This document shows, one piece after another, positions 1 through 14,013 of a stretch of DNA of 64,000 nt. Where the stretch lies: contig OZ024744.1 of the NCBI GenBank assembly GCA_964016885.1, positions 88,970,001 through 89,034,000 on the forward strand. Reading direction: 5' to 3'. This DNA comes from Eledone cirrhosa (Eukaryota). A model generated the notes under the pieces. The model did not search any database. It worked only from the letters and a program-made list of their open reading frames with translations, and had not been told where the DNA came from. Position numbers and translations under genes: made by a program. Position 1 is the stretch's first letter. The number at the start of each line of letters is the position of its first letter.

Positions 1-533
1 AGTGGGGAAAGGCCTTGCACTCGACCAATCCCACTCTCTGAGCATCGAAATCACTACTCGAAAACGAGAACTGGTCAACATTGTCGGATGCTTCCGAAGC
101 CGCAGTTTGTTTTTCAGAGTTTCTCTCTCGAAGAAAGGTGTTGTGACAACAACTGGGGGCCTCTCACTCCAAGGTGAAAAAGAAAGTACTATTTGGATGG
201 TCGCTGACTCTGCTGAGTTCCTCCGCCATTTGCCCGGTCTTGTATTTCATACCGCAAGGTGTCCAAATATTACCCTCTTCCTCAATCAAGCTTGGTGGGG
301 TTACCGGTTTAATAACCGACGACCCGACCATGAGACAGGTGCTACTGGGTTATATGTTACCAGTAGCACTCGAGAGCGACCTGACATAATACATACATAC
401 ATACGTACAAACATACATACATGCATACATACATACATACATACATACATACATACATACATACATACATACATACATACATACATACATACATACATAC
501 ATACATACATACATACATACATACATACATACA
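1..533 (+). mobile_element. 3' end of an unidentified non-LTR retroelement with (CATA)n tail
   Basis: Ends ...gttaccagtagcactcgagagcgacctgacataa followed by (CATA)n. A diverged second copy follows at about 645-1225. Confidence 0.5.
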
Positions 534-644
534 TGATGACTGCCCCATCGTTATCGAGAATGGCCATTGCACGTTATACCATTATTAATAATTATTAATA
601 ATTCTATCGTGCAATGCCTGTGCATGAATTTTAAAGTGAGCAAA

Positions 645-1225
645 GACTGTGCACTGAGCCAATCCCATTCTCTGAGCGACAGTAGCTATAACCCAAAAAG
701 AAGAAAAGATCAACATCATCGGTAACTACTGAGCCGCAGGTTTTATGTCGGAGTTATCCCAGTTTCCTGGGTTGCCTTCTCCTAGAAGAATGCCCTGATA
801 AAGGCTAGGGGTCCTTCACTCCCAGTGGTTTAACCGCACGATCGGGTGTCCAGCCCGACTATTTTTATGTCCCCGCGCATATACATACATATGCACCCAT
901 TTATATACACATATACATACATATTTACATGTGTATATACATATTTACACACGTTTGGATGGCTGTTGACTCTTATGAGTTCTTCCGCCCTTTGTCAGGT
1001 TTTCTTTTTGTCCTGCAGGGTGTCCAAATCACCCTCCTCACCAAGTAAACTTGATGGGGTTGCTGGTTTAGTCGCCGATAACCCGACCATGCGACAGGTT
1101 GTACTGGGTTACATGTTACCAGTAGCACTCAAGAGTGACCTGACATAACATACATACATACATACATACATACATACATACATACATACATACATACATA
1201 CATACATACATACATACGTACATAC
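645..1225 (+). mobile_element. Second diverged copy of the same retroelement 3' end with (CATA)n tail
   Basis: Shares ccaatccca.tctctgagc, tttggatgg..g.tgactct and gttaccagtagcactc.agag.gacctgacataa+(CATA)n with 1-533. Confidence 0.5.
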
Positions 1226-1556
1226 AATCCGTACCTACAAATGCATGCATGCAGACATGCATACATATCTACCTAGTTAATGTTGTGTAAATTCAAATGA
1301 GAGAGTCTTGTAACTATGTTAGAAACCGACTCTCTCTTTATTGGCAAAAATTTGTGAAATTATAAAACCAGAAGAACATACATATATACATACATACATC
1401 ATATGTATGTAATTATGTTTGTTTCTCTACCACATCAGATTCTTGTGTAACAAAATTTATTTTTCTGAAGATTCATATAGTTATACATTTAGTAAATCAT
1501 GATTGAAAAGGTAAATCGGTAGTTTAAGATGAAGCTAGTGATATTTGGAGAGTTAA

Positions 1557-1772
1557 CCCTCATCGGCCTGAAATGCAGCAGAGCCTGGGTTGGTCTCATA
1601 CTGCACTAGGTTGCCGCTGGAGAAAGTGTCACTGCATGTGGCATCTCAGATGAGAGGTTTACCATAGCGGAACGGGACGATAGTCATGCCGTCTAGCCTT
1701 TTGCCGTCCCCTGGGTCCTGTCCCGCCAGCTCTAACTGGGAGGGGAATACTGAAGCATCCAAGCCTTGCTTT
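1557..1772 (-). pseudogene. CRE-clade retrotransposon REL endonuclease fragment
   Basis: Reverse strand translates KQGLDASVFPSQLE...GDGKRLDGMTIVPFRYGKPLI*DATCSDTF, homologous to the C-terminus of ORF 14443..15660. Confidence 0.8.
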
Positions 1773-2340
1773 TAGTTTGATTTTCTGCTTTAGGCTTGTT
1801 TCTCGTAAGAGTCCGGTGTTAATCAGTAAGCATACTGGGGTACCAGTTGCCCTGGTAACGCATTACCATAGTAAGAATATCCCATGAAAGCACTCGCTAT
1901 CTTCATCGTTTACAGCACACATGTTTTTCCAGAAAACGTTCCCAGTGAGAGATCAAGAATTTAGCTCTCTCCGGGCTTATAATTTCGTCCAAACATCGCT
2001 GCAAGGATGAATAAGCGAAACCGAACATTCAATGCGAACATGGCATCACCCTTACTATCTATCACTCTACGGTGCTTACTCAGGTTTATTCATTTATAAT
2101 AGTTTTTAATTTAAGTACGAGGCCAAAATTTGGTGGGGCGGGGCGCAAAATATTATTATGTCGACGCGAGTACTTTATTTTATCAAGCTTGCAATGAAAT
2201 GTAAAGTTGACCTTGGTGGAATTTGAGCTCAAAATTTGAGCTCAAAGGCCAGAAAAAATTACCACGTAGTATTTTGTCCGACGCTCTAACGATGCTGTCA
2301 ATCCTGGTCTTGGTCCTGGCTCATTCATCAATTATAATAC

Positions 2341-2665
2341 ATTCCTCAGCGGCAACCTGGAGCAATCTGAGACTAACCCAGACTCTGCTGCACTTCGGGC
2401 CGACGAATGTAAACTCTCCAAATATCAGTCGTTCGCCGACAGGTTTGCAGTCGCACCAGTGGCAGTGGAGACTTCTGGTGTCCTTGGCCCTAGGGCCACC
2501 TCCCTACTCACCACCATCTACATAGAGTTGGCTACCCGCAGGTATGAACCTCACGAGCTGGAATGTCTCTTCCAACGCGTCTCCATCACGATCCTCCGGG
2601 GAAACGCCTTCTCCATTCTGTCCGCCGGGGCGCGGAGCGACCAGCGCGTGAGCCTCCATTTGCTG
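2341..2665 (+). pseudogene. CRE-clade retrotransposon C-terminal fragment
   Basis: ORF 2459..2761 AVETSGVLGPRATSLLTTI..ELATRRYEPHELECLFQRVSITILRGNA matches the end of the 14.4-kb element. Confidence 0.8.
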
Positions 2666-2801
2666 ATAATAGTGCGAGATGGGGAGAGTGAGAGAGACAG
2701 AGGCAGGGACAGTGCGGGTTTGGACTTGGTGTATGAGTATAAGTTTCACTTAAAACAATAATTGTGATTTTATATGCTTTTGTTGTGAACTGATTATATA
2801 T

Positions 2802-2980
2802 TGGCATATCAGTAAGGGGGTCGGACGCCATGCTTTGACGCAGAGAGTACGGCCTTTTACGGTCTGAGTTCAAGTCCCGCCGAGGTTAGCTTTGCCTTTC
2901 ATCCTTACGGGGTCGAAAAAATAAAGTACCAGTAATGCACTGGTTAATTGCTGGCCTTGTGCCAAAAGTAGAAACAGTTG
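2802..2980 (+). mobile_element. tRNA-derived SINE (window-wide family)
   Basis: A-box-like tggcatatcagt, B-box gagttcaagtcc, body gccgaggtt..ctttgcctttcatccttacggggtcga and tail ccaaaagtagaaaca. Confidence 0.85.
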
Positions 2981-4899
2981 TTTTGATATTAACAACAGAA
3001 TTTGTTTTGTTTTAATGTCTCTTCTTTAGGCGGTAAACAGACAGTGACGTTAGGACATCTGCGAGATGCATTGTGGTATTGATTTTGAATCTCTGAGCTG
3101 TGCTCAAATCTCACCGGGGACATCATTTGGTTGTCAATAGATAAAGTACCGTTGCATGGGAGGTGGATTGACGGGATTATTATGGTGTCACCAGAAAAGT
3201 AGTGACACTTCGGCCAGAAGTTGCGACCTAGATATAATGTCAGCAATAGAAATACCAATGAAAATCTAGTTTTCTTAATCCTTTCTGAAAAAAAAATCGG
3301 CATCTTCTCTTTTTTTTTGTTTAATCGCCAAGCCTGCTGAATATATTTGTTAACTTGTCAGATTAGCTATGGTATGGTATGGACCCGTAACGCCCGAGAA
3401 ATCGTAGCGACGCCATATTGACATACGGCGTTTCTAGAGCATTTTAAAACCTGGCGGATCTCATCACCTCTCCAGGTAGATATAGTAGATTTCTTCCAGA
3501 CAAGGATAGAGAGAGAGAGTGAAAGAAAGCAAGTGAGAAGGGGACATAGAGGAAGAATCGACGCCAGTGCTAGACTGGTACTGTTATTATCCACCATGAT
3601 TGGATGAAAGGCAAATTTGACTTCAGATTAGCTATGACCCCGCCACCACGACCACAACCACCACCAATCAAATAAGTTTTTTTTTTTTAGTTTTTTTTTT
3701 TAACGGCTATTTCCATCTACTTTAATCTACTTTAATATTTGAGGAAGAACCAAGACTATTAAAGACCCATCGAAAGGACTACCGGGGTATTAATACAACA
3801 CAGCAAAATCATTAGCGCCAACTACTTCTAAGCACCGATTAGTTACAACAGTCACTATCACGAGATGTTCAATGTGGAAGTTAATAAAAACAGGATACTA
3901 ATATTTATAATTCCAGCACGCGGGAAAGGCATCTACGCGTTAGCTCGATCTGCTAGAACTAGGAGCCAACTCTCCTTCAAATCATATTTTATAGTATTGA
4001 AAGGGGACGAAGATAATGAATAATGTAGTCCTATATATTGTATGTTTGAATACAAGACGAGATAGACATAGGTAGATCTATTTGATCAGAACACTTCCAG
4101 AGATAAACAGCAATAGTAAGAAGCAGGGTTGGGAGACATGTATCGACCCCAGTCGGATTAAAATCCTAGTTGCTCTGGCAAGATTTGAATTCAAAATAGC
4201 TAGAATAAATACCGTCAGACATTTTGCCTCGATATTTAAGCACTTCTGGCTATTCGCTGAATTCAACAAATAGAGCATTTACAATATCTACATCTGTGGA
4301 ATATTTTCGTTGGAATGCAAATAAATATAAATCTTATATAATCTAAGCATATTTGTCCAGATTATCTGAAAATTCCATGTTCATATGAAACCAATCCTAA
4401 TTTTTTAAATAAGGAATTTTAAATAGGGGAAAAACTTTCAAACCAATTAATTTTATAGATGAAACAGTGATTTATTAGAAAGAAAGAGTTTTATTGATTT
4501 ATTAAAGATTATTTTTTTTCCTTAAAATCATGAATTATTATTTTCTTTCTTTTAAATAGATGTATTTGAAATGACGACATATTGTATTTTCATGTCAAAT
4601 CGTTGTGCAAAATACCATGAGACATATCAACCTATTAAAAAATATCACGAGCTGATTAGATTCAGCAAAATATTTTAAATTGTGGTATGAAGATGGATAT
4701 TTAAAGCTTGAATAAATTATTTTCTATCTTTATTATATTTCAGATGATCAAATTTAAAGGTGGGGTGCTTAGGAACTAAAAAGAAAGTGTGATTCTAGAC
4801 TTAATATTTGTATATGTTTATCACTAAATAATTCTACTTCAATTTATATCTAAATATATTCTCATATAAAGAGTGCAGTAAGTCGACCAAAGTGTAAAG

Positions 4900-5064
4900 C
4901 AGGCATGAACAACTTTCTTCGATCAGTGAGCCGCATAGGATGTGGCTCATCATAAGGTGGGTCGCACTGCTAAAAAGTTCGAGGCAATTTTGAAATTAAG
5001 CGTGCCGTTCAGAAAGCAAAATGGGCCGCATTCGGCTCGCGAGCCGCCGTTTTACCCATGGCTG
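4900..5064. mobile_element. hAT (Charlie-like) MITE
   Basis: Termini CAGGCATG...CATGGCTG, internal gggccgca/gagccgc motifs, and flanks gtgtaaag/atgtagaa resembling a decayed 8-bp TSD. Confidence 0.55.
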
Positions 5065-5727
5065 ATGTAGAAAGTCAGACAATATAGTTTCGCGTCACGT
5101 TTAGAAGAATTTTCATGTATTTCATCTCTATAAGATTGATAAAATAAGTATTTCTCCTGTACTTATATACTTCTCAGTAAAATAAGGCTTTCTCCAAGAT
5201 AACTATCACTAAATTTACGTTTGAATAATATTGTACACATGGCGATGATGGATCTTCTGTCGGTTTCGATGGTAAACATTTAGTTGTTCGAGCAACTGAA
5301 TGTTCGACTCATGAATTAACGAATTAACCTTAAGTAAGTGGTTGAGTATTCCACAGACAATTGTACTCCGAAACAAAATCAGCATGACACAATATGTGAC
5401 AAGGCTAGACCCATGAATTACAGATACAATCCAGCAGGCGGCCTTCCACAAAGTTTCACCCGCAAAAAGATTCAATCAAATGCCTCGGATCGATGTGATG
5501 CAACAGTATTGAACCCTGGACATCGTGATTGTAAAACAAATTTCTTACCCACTCAGCCATGCAAGTGATTATATACGACCGTGGTTAAATACCTGAGCTA
5601 AATAAGTGTTAAATTTAAAAGAAATAGTTTCACCAAAAATATTTTATTGCACCCAACTTATTTGTAGTTATAAATCAATCAACATTCAGTTCTTCTTCTC
5701 CTTACCCTAGATGTATAACCATAAGTA

Positions 5728-6292
5728 CGGGTTGGTACGAATTCTTGCACTTATTTCAGCCCCCTGCCTTCTATCACTCGTGAACACGGCCCCAAGATAC
5801 ATGAACTTCTCTACCTGATTCAGTGGAATTCCATTCACATGTAGAGTGCATTGCGCTGACTTCGTTGAGAGAACCGGTGTCTCAGTTTTCACAGTACTGA
5901 TTTTCATTCCAGCCATGCAGCACTCGGCATCAAATCTATCAATTGCAAGTCGGATTTCCTTCTGTTGAGTTAAGTAACACCTTGTCGTCTACAAATTCCA
6001 ACTGACTCATTTTATACTTTCCAGTAATGATACCACTTCCAACCCGGCTGTGCATGACAATGTTGTTTATGTAAATAATGAACGGGAGAGGTGATAGTAC
6101 ACACCCTTGGTGGAGTCTGACTCCCACATTGAATGGTTTCGATTTAGCATCATTTATCCTAACACAAATACTTGAGCATTCGTATAGAGAAATCAGGGCA
6201 GCAAGAAGCGGACCATCGATCCCATACTCCTTCAGAACGTTGCACAGCAGGTCCAGAGGAACGCAGTCATATGCCTTTTCAAGGTCGATAAC
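5728..6292 (-). pseudogene. RTE-clade LINE reverse transcriptase fragment
   Basis: Reverse strand gives DLEKAYD, GVRLHQGCVLSPL, EFVDD and LNQVEKFMYLG, with frameshifts. Confidence 0.8.
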
Positions 6293-6423
6293 TGAAAATT
6301 GACTTTCATTTATTGTTTATATTTTCATGGTGGAAATCTCAAAATATATTAAATGCAATACAGTGTTTCAAAATGAATGTAAAATAAGCAAGAGCTTCAT
6401 TGTAATATGTGGAATGATCGGTC

Positions 6424-6650
6424 CACTTATAAGAATTTAACCAAATGTACAACTTCCTCGCTTATTCCAACCTTCTCCCGTTTATTCCAAGCCTCCGCTT
6501 ATAAGAATTTAACAAAATGCCCAACTTTCTCGCTTATTCAAACCAACCCACTTATTCCAACAGTCCCCCGCTTATAAGAATTTAAGCAAATGTCCTCCCC
6601 CAACGTTTATTCCAAACTCCAGCTTATAAGAATTTAAGCATATATTCAAA
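6424..6650. repeat. Four degenerate ~70-bp repeats built from cttataagaatttaa and ttattccaa motifs
   Basis: cttataagaatttaa recurs at about 6426, 6498, 6571 and 6623. Confidence 0.7.
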
Positions 6651-6659
6651 CCCTAAAAG

Positions 6660-7325
6660 AACGCACAGCTTTCTTTAAAGGCTTCAACCTCTCCATACAA
6701 GTTGAGGCCTACCTTTCTGTCGTAAACTACCTCGACGTTACCCTCAACTAGTCGAATGGCTTGCACTACCCATATAGAAAGCCGAATGATACGCTTAATT
6801 ACATAAATAAGCATTCTAACCATCCTGTCAGCTTAACCAAGAACCTGGTAAGAAACGTTTCTTTGAGGCTTTCTCGTCTATCTACAAACGAGCATATTTT
6901 CACCAATGATTCCACATATTACAATGAAGCTCTTGCTCGGAGTGGATTTGTCGATAACGTAGCATATACTAAGTATGAGCATAAACCTAGGAAAAATAGA
7001 TCCCGACGCATTATATGGTATAACCCACCATATAATATGGAGGTGGCCACACCATTAGCTAAAATCTTTCTCTCCCTAATTAAGAAGCATTTCCCCTCAG
7101 CACATAAATATAATAAAATGTTTAATAGGAATACCCTTAAAATATCTTACTCCACGACTCCTAACCTTGCACATAACATCATTACATCAAATTTAGCTAA
7201 ATTACCTAGACGTAGTAACACGAGCAACCCTGTAGCTAGTACTAACTGTAATTGTAGGAATCGGGAAGACTGCCCTCTATTCGGGAAATGCCTATCTAGT
7301 AATACTGTCTACAAATGTAAGGTCG
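6660..7325 (+). pseudogene. Penelope-like element fragment (RT thumb, linker, start of GIY-YIG)
   Basis: VNYLDVTL; ORF 6761..7363 YPYRKPND..YINKHSNHP, IIWYNPPY, FNRNTLKISYS and CNCRNREDCPLFGKC are typical of PLEs. Confidence 0.9.
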
Positions 7326-7558
7326 GCATGAGCTGTATTAATTTTATCGATATCTCTAATTGATTTGTCCGATCATTGCCACCAAACTACTAAATCTATA
7401 TGAGTACACTTTGTCTCTGAAATGTATTTCAAATGTCATTCGGTGACATAGTGTATGACAAAGGTATTGCACTGACATAGGTGCACAAAGTATTTTGCAG
7501 TAGAGTGATCTCATGCATCTAATAGTATACGCACACATATATACATTCATATATATAT

Positions 7559-7663
7559 ATAAAGGGTGTCCCCAAAAGATGTATACACACTTTGATTACC
7601 TGTACAGGCAATAGGTATTAGAATGCTGTTTAGGTGGGTGTACATTTTTTAGACACTCTGTAT
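7559..7663. mobile_element. Tc1/mariner-type MITE
   Basis: TA-flanked inverted termini aagggtgtcccaaaagatgtatac / tgtacattttttagacactctg. Confidence 0.55.
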
Positions 7664-7829
7664 ACATATATATATATATAGTAAGAATATTTTCGAAACA
7701 GTGAGTGAGTGTGAAATTATTATAAATGTAAGCTATCGCCGTATTTTGACTAAAGAAATTAAAGAAATTATTTAGCCTGATAGTGGGGTTAAAAACCCTT
7801 CGAGAAATGGAAAGAGATGAGTATTGATG

Positions 7830-8024
<195 letters not shown>

Positions 8025-8443
8025 GTAACACAAAAGTTAGTTCACCATACCGAGAACAATTGTATATATATATATATATATATATATGAAAGAAATCAAA
8101 GAACGCCTACATATCATACAATTTTTATTTGCTAACAATGTTTCATCCATACCATTGGGCAGGAATCATCATAGCTTTAAAAATAAAATTACAATGCTGA
8201 GTATAGGCTCTACCGAGCTTCGTCACATGGACATTAGAAATACAATAGAGGGCAACCAGAGGGAGATCGGAAATGGCGAGTATTGAGAGAGTGCATGGTG
8301 GGGTTATTATTCAGCACTATTGCCGAGGTTAACTTTGTCTTTCATCCTTACGGGGTCGATAAAATAAATAAAGTACAAGTAATGTACTGGGTAATTGCTG
8401 GCCTTGTGCCAAAAGTAGAAACAATTATTATATATTATATAGT

Positions 8444-8635
8444 AGGGCGGTGGATTGGCAGTATCGGTAGAGCGTCGGACAACATGCTTTCCAGCATAGT
8501 TAGGTCCCTTTACGATCTGAGTTCAAATCCCGCCGAGGTTGACTTTGCCTTTCATCCTTACGAGGTCGATAAAATAAAGTACCAGTAATGCACTGGGTAA
8601 TTGCTGGCCTTGTGCCTAAAGTAGAAACAATTATT
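8444..8635 (+). mobile_element. tRNA-derived SINE, full length
   Basis: gggcggtggattggcagtatcggtagag...gagttcaaatcccgccgagg...cctaaagtagaaacaattatt. Confidence 0.9.
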
Positions 8636-8828
8636 ATATATTATATATTTTAACTATTGTTTTTATTTTTTGCTTTTGTGTGCCCTCACGTGCTTCTGCA
8701 TCTTGGAAAAATCTGCCTGTACCATTGCATTTAGCTGTAGTGCTGAATAAAATCCCCACTATGCACTCTCTCAATACTCGCCATTTCCGATCTCCCTCTG
8801 GTTGCCCTCCATTGTATTTCTTTTTAAA

Positions 8829-8873
8829 GCTCTGATGATTCCTGCCCAATGGTATGGATGAAACATTGTTAGC
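8829..8873 (+). ncRNA. Minimal type I hammerhead ribozyme
   Basis: gct-CTGATGA-ttcctgcc caat ggtatggat-GAAAC-att-GTT-agc. Confidence 0.65.
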
Positions 8874-9018
8874 AAATAAAAATTGTATGAGTATGTAGGC
8901 GTTATTTGATTTCTTTTACATATAACGGCTCTGTTCATGTACATTGAGCTTATATAATACTGTCATAAATACGACACGGTGCAGGTGCGCTTATGCGCAC
9001 ACGCTCAGTGGTCTAAGT

Positions 9019-9780
<762 letters not shown>

Positions 9781-9953
9781 TATATAACTGCTTTGTATAA
9801 CAACTGATGTTATTACATTGAGCTATTTAACTTACTGGTAATAGGATAGTAATTAAAGACTATCTCTCACTATTTAGGGTTTGTATATATATAATATATT
9901 ACCATCAAAGGTTTTATTGCATACATTACCATAAATAGTACCCTTAATACTTA

Positions 9954-10046
<93 letters not shown>

Positions 10047-10182
10047 GGCGTACGGTCTGCTTCTCTGACTGCTCATGAAATTCACCCAGATTATGCTGAT
10101 CGGATAACTATCATGATTGCTTGCTGTTTTCCCAACCTTCGGTTTGCTTTTCCTTCTGTTGTTTACTTTACGCGTTTCACTT

Positions 10183-10284
10183 GTCCCAATAGCTTATTTT
10201 AGTTATTGCTCGCACCAACCTGAGGTATCTGATTTTTAATGCGATGAAATACCAATGATGGTTGGCAAATCACTGATGAGGGAC
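10183..10284 (+). ncRNA. Putative non-circularly permuted hammerhead ribozyme with kink-turn (copy A1)
   Basis: GTCC-hairpin-TCGCA CCAACC TGA GGTAT C TGATTT TTAA TGCGA T GAA ATACC AATGAT GGTTGG C AAATCA CTGATGA G GGAC, with covariation across subfamilies. Confidence 0.7.
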
Positions 10285-10713
10285 TAATTTTATAATATGT
10301 AATCCATGTGCAACCATGCAGTATTCTTCTCCCCATGTTTTTCATATATATTTATCTAAACTGCGATTATCTGTTTCTCTCTTTCTCTCTTACTGCTCCC
10401 CCGTTCTCTCTGTTTCTCTTACCTACTTTCGTCCCCTCTGTCAGTTAACACTTTCTCTCGACTGACCTCTTCCTCGCACTTCCACTCACTCACTCTCTGT
10501 TTCTCCCCTTCTCACTTCCTCCCGTTCGCTAGTAGTGGGGTTCCTTCTTTCTCACACCGCATTCACGGCGTACGGTCTGCTTCTCTGACCGCTCATGAAA
10601 TTCACCCAGCTTATGCTGATCGGATAACTATCATGTGGCTTGCTGTTTTCCAACCTTTGGTTTGCTTTTCCTTCTGTTGTTTACTTGTCTCACTCGCTTT
10701 ACGCGTTTCACTT

Positions 10714-10815
10714 GTCCCAATAGTTTATTTTAGTTATTGCTCGCACCAACCTGAGGTATCTGATTTTTAATGCGATGAAATACCAATGATAGTTGGCAAA
10801 TCACTGATGAAGGAC
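10714..10815 (+). ncRNA. Putative permuted hammerhead (copy A2)
   Basis: Same 102-nt motif 531 bp downstream. Confidence 0.7.
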
Positions 10816-11058
10816 TAATTTTATAATATGTAATCCATGTGCAACCATGTTTTTCATATATATATATATATCTTAATTTTATAAATTTTATATAGAAATT
10901 ACTTTAATGTATGTGGGTATTTATGTACGAAGTGTGTGTATGTTAGTGGTCATAGAGTTCATACATAAACACGTCAACACAGAGTTATGTAAATTGTATG
11001 TATATGCAGGTGCATTATATGTATGTATATACATTACTGCTCTCTCACACACACATAT

Positions 11059-11780
<722 letters not shown>

Positions 11781-11792
11781 ATGTGTATATGC

Positions 11793-11838
<46 letters not shown>

Positions 11839-11896
11839 ATTTATATATATACATATACATATATACACATTTATATGTGTATATATTTTAATTATA

Positions 11897-11955
<59 letters not shown>

Positions 11956-12034
11956 ACCTGTGTATGTATATATGTGTATATATATATAAGTGTATATATA
12001 TATATGTATATATATATATATGTATAAAAATGTG

Positions 12035-12106
<72 letters not shown>

Positions 12107-12327
12107 GAGAGGGAGAGAGAGAGAGATTGCTTTTTGTTTTCATCATCAATTTATCTATGTGTTTACTTATTTGCAGCTGCATAGCCTTTTCTTTGACGCT
12201 TCGCTGCACAAGTATGCTGATGCTTTTAATATATATGTGTATGTATATATATATATACATAAGCATGTATATATATGTATATATATATATAACGGATGAG
12301 TTGTTGTAAGGAACCAGATGGACCATT

Positions 12328-12362
<35 letters not shown>

Positions 12363-12410
12363 TTGTGTGTGTGTGCGTATATATATATGTGTGTGTGTGC
12401 GTATATATAT

Positions 12411-12503
<93 letters not shown>

Positions 12504-12520
12504 AGTGTGTGTGTGTGTAC

Positions 12521-12622
<102 letters not shown>

Positions 12623-12795
12623 TACATACATATATATAATATATATACATATATAATATATATACATACATATATATATATATAATATATATACGTATAT
12701 ATAAATGTGTGTATATGAGTGTGTATGTATGTTGGTACGTATTTATGCATGTACTGCATGTACACATACATACGTAAACACAGACGGAGTCAAAC

Positions 12796-12910
<115 letters not shown>

Positions 12911-13097
12911 GTAGTCCAGTAGGTAGTATGAAGAGGTTATTGTGTCCACAGAACAAAACATGTTGTTAAGACTTCTGGTGGCAGATGGACAGGATGTTCG
13001 ACACGAAACAACACTGTAGGCGAATGTGTAGGTTGCATGGGAAGTAACATTGATAGGAAACTAATGAAGAAGGGGAGAGGATGAGGGGGGGGGGAGA

Positions 13098-13225
13098 AAG
13101 AAGAAGAAGAAGAAGAAGAAGAAGAAGAAGAAGAAGAAGAAGAAGAAGAAGAAGAAGAAGAAGAAGAAGAAGAAGAAGAAGAAGAAGAAGAAGAAGAAGA
13201 AGAAGAAGAAGAAGAAGAAGAAGAA
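13098..13225 (+). repeat. (AAG)n microsatellite
   Basis: Direct reading. Confidence 0.95.
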
Positions 13226-13569
13226 CGAAAGAACGAACGGTAACTACAAATAATAATTTCAATGATAATAACAAGTATAACAATAATAACAATAACAATA
13301 ACAACAATAGCAATAACAACAGAAGTAAACAAATACAACAATAAATGAAGACAAACGTGTGTGTGTATATATATATATATAAATATATATACACACACAC
13401 AGACACAGATTCATATTATAAACAAGTTTAAGTGAGTTGATAATATAACCATATAAAGGGGCAAAGAAAAATGTTAAAGGTGATTGTGATCTCTTAGTCT
13501 CCAGCAAAATTATATAATAAACAGATCAGAGTTTAATGTAATGGCTAAATGCTGTAGTAAATGGCTAAT

Positions 13570-13998
13570 TACTGTAGTGGAGTCTGTGCTGCTGTACGGG
13601 TCTGAGACTTGGACACTGACCAAGAAACTCACTCAGATGGTGGATGGGTGCTACACGAGAATGCTGAGGATGGCTCTGAACATTAATCAGTATACACTGA
13701 GGATGAAAAACTCAGAGCTGTATGGGAGCCTCCCAAAAGTCAGCTCAAAAGTGGCACAGAGTCGAGACTGAGGTTGGCTGGACATGCTCACCGACATCCA
13801 GAGTTGACACTGCACTCAGTGCTCTTGTTGGGGCCCCTGCATGGACAAACTGGAAGGGGAAGACAAAGGTTAACGTATGTTGATGCCCTAAGGACAGACA
13901 CTTGTCTGTTGGAGACGCAGGACATGGCAGCGATAGTGATGGACAGAGACCGCTGGAATGAACTCGTCCATGGATCTCGGGAATTTTACCCGCCCTAG
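13570..13998 (+). pseudogene. RTE-clade LINE 3' fragment
   Basis: VVESVLLYGSETWTLTKKL..DGCYTRMLR, LAGHAHRHPE and GRQRLTYVD..DRDRW. The same family is at 36634-37090. Confidence 0.85.
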
Positions 13999-14013
13999 AT
14001 ATATATATATATT

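Larger units (their letters stand above)
8081..8925. repeat. Inverted PLE-type terminal repeat pair (8081-8320 / 8738-8925) enclosing two SINEs
   Basis: The arms are reverse complements with indels. SINE copies lie at about 8323-8430 and 8444-8635. Confidence 0.85.
10046..10860 (+). mobile_element. Tandem non-coding element (531-bp period, about 1.5 units) in (TA)n carrying the permuted hammerhead motif, subfamily A
   Basis: Direct repeat 10046-10345 vs 10566-10860, with a pyrimidine-rich spacer. Confidence 0.8.

Noticed and set aside
8444-8545. tRNA gene
   Set aside because: The A/B boxes belong to a SINE head with extended spacing and no cloverleaf, repeated about 16 times with a common body and tail.
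10210-10280. Reading the motif as a SECIS element, box C/D snoRNA or twister ribozyme
   Set aside because: Helix spacing and the apical loop do not fit SECIS. The D-like box precedes the C-like box with no guide arrangement, and the twister GGUNNCAAGCCC-type segment is absent. The hammerhead strand assignment explains more of the conserved and covarying positions.
12952-13042. Possible small Cys-containing exon after tgtccacag
   Set aside because: The splice donor is weak and there is no recognisable domain.
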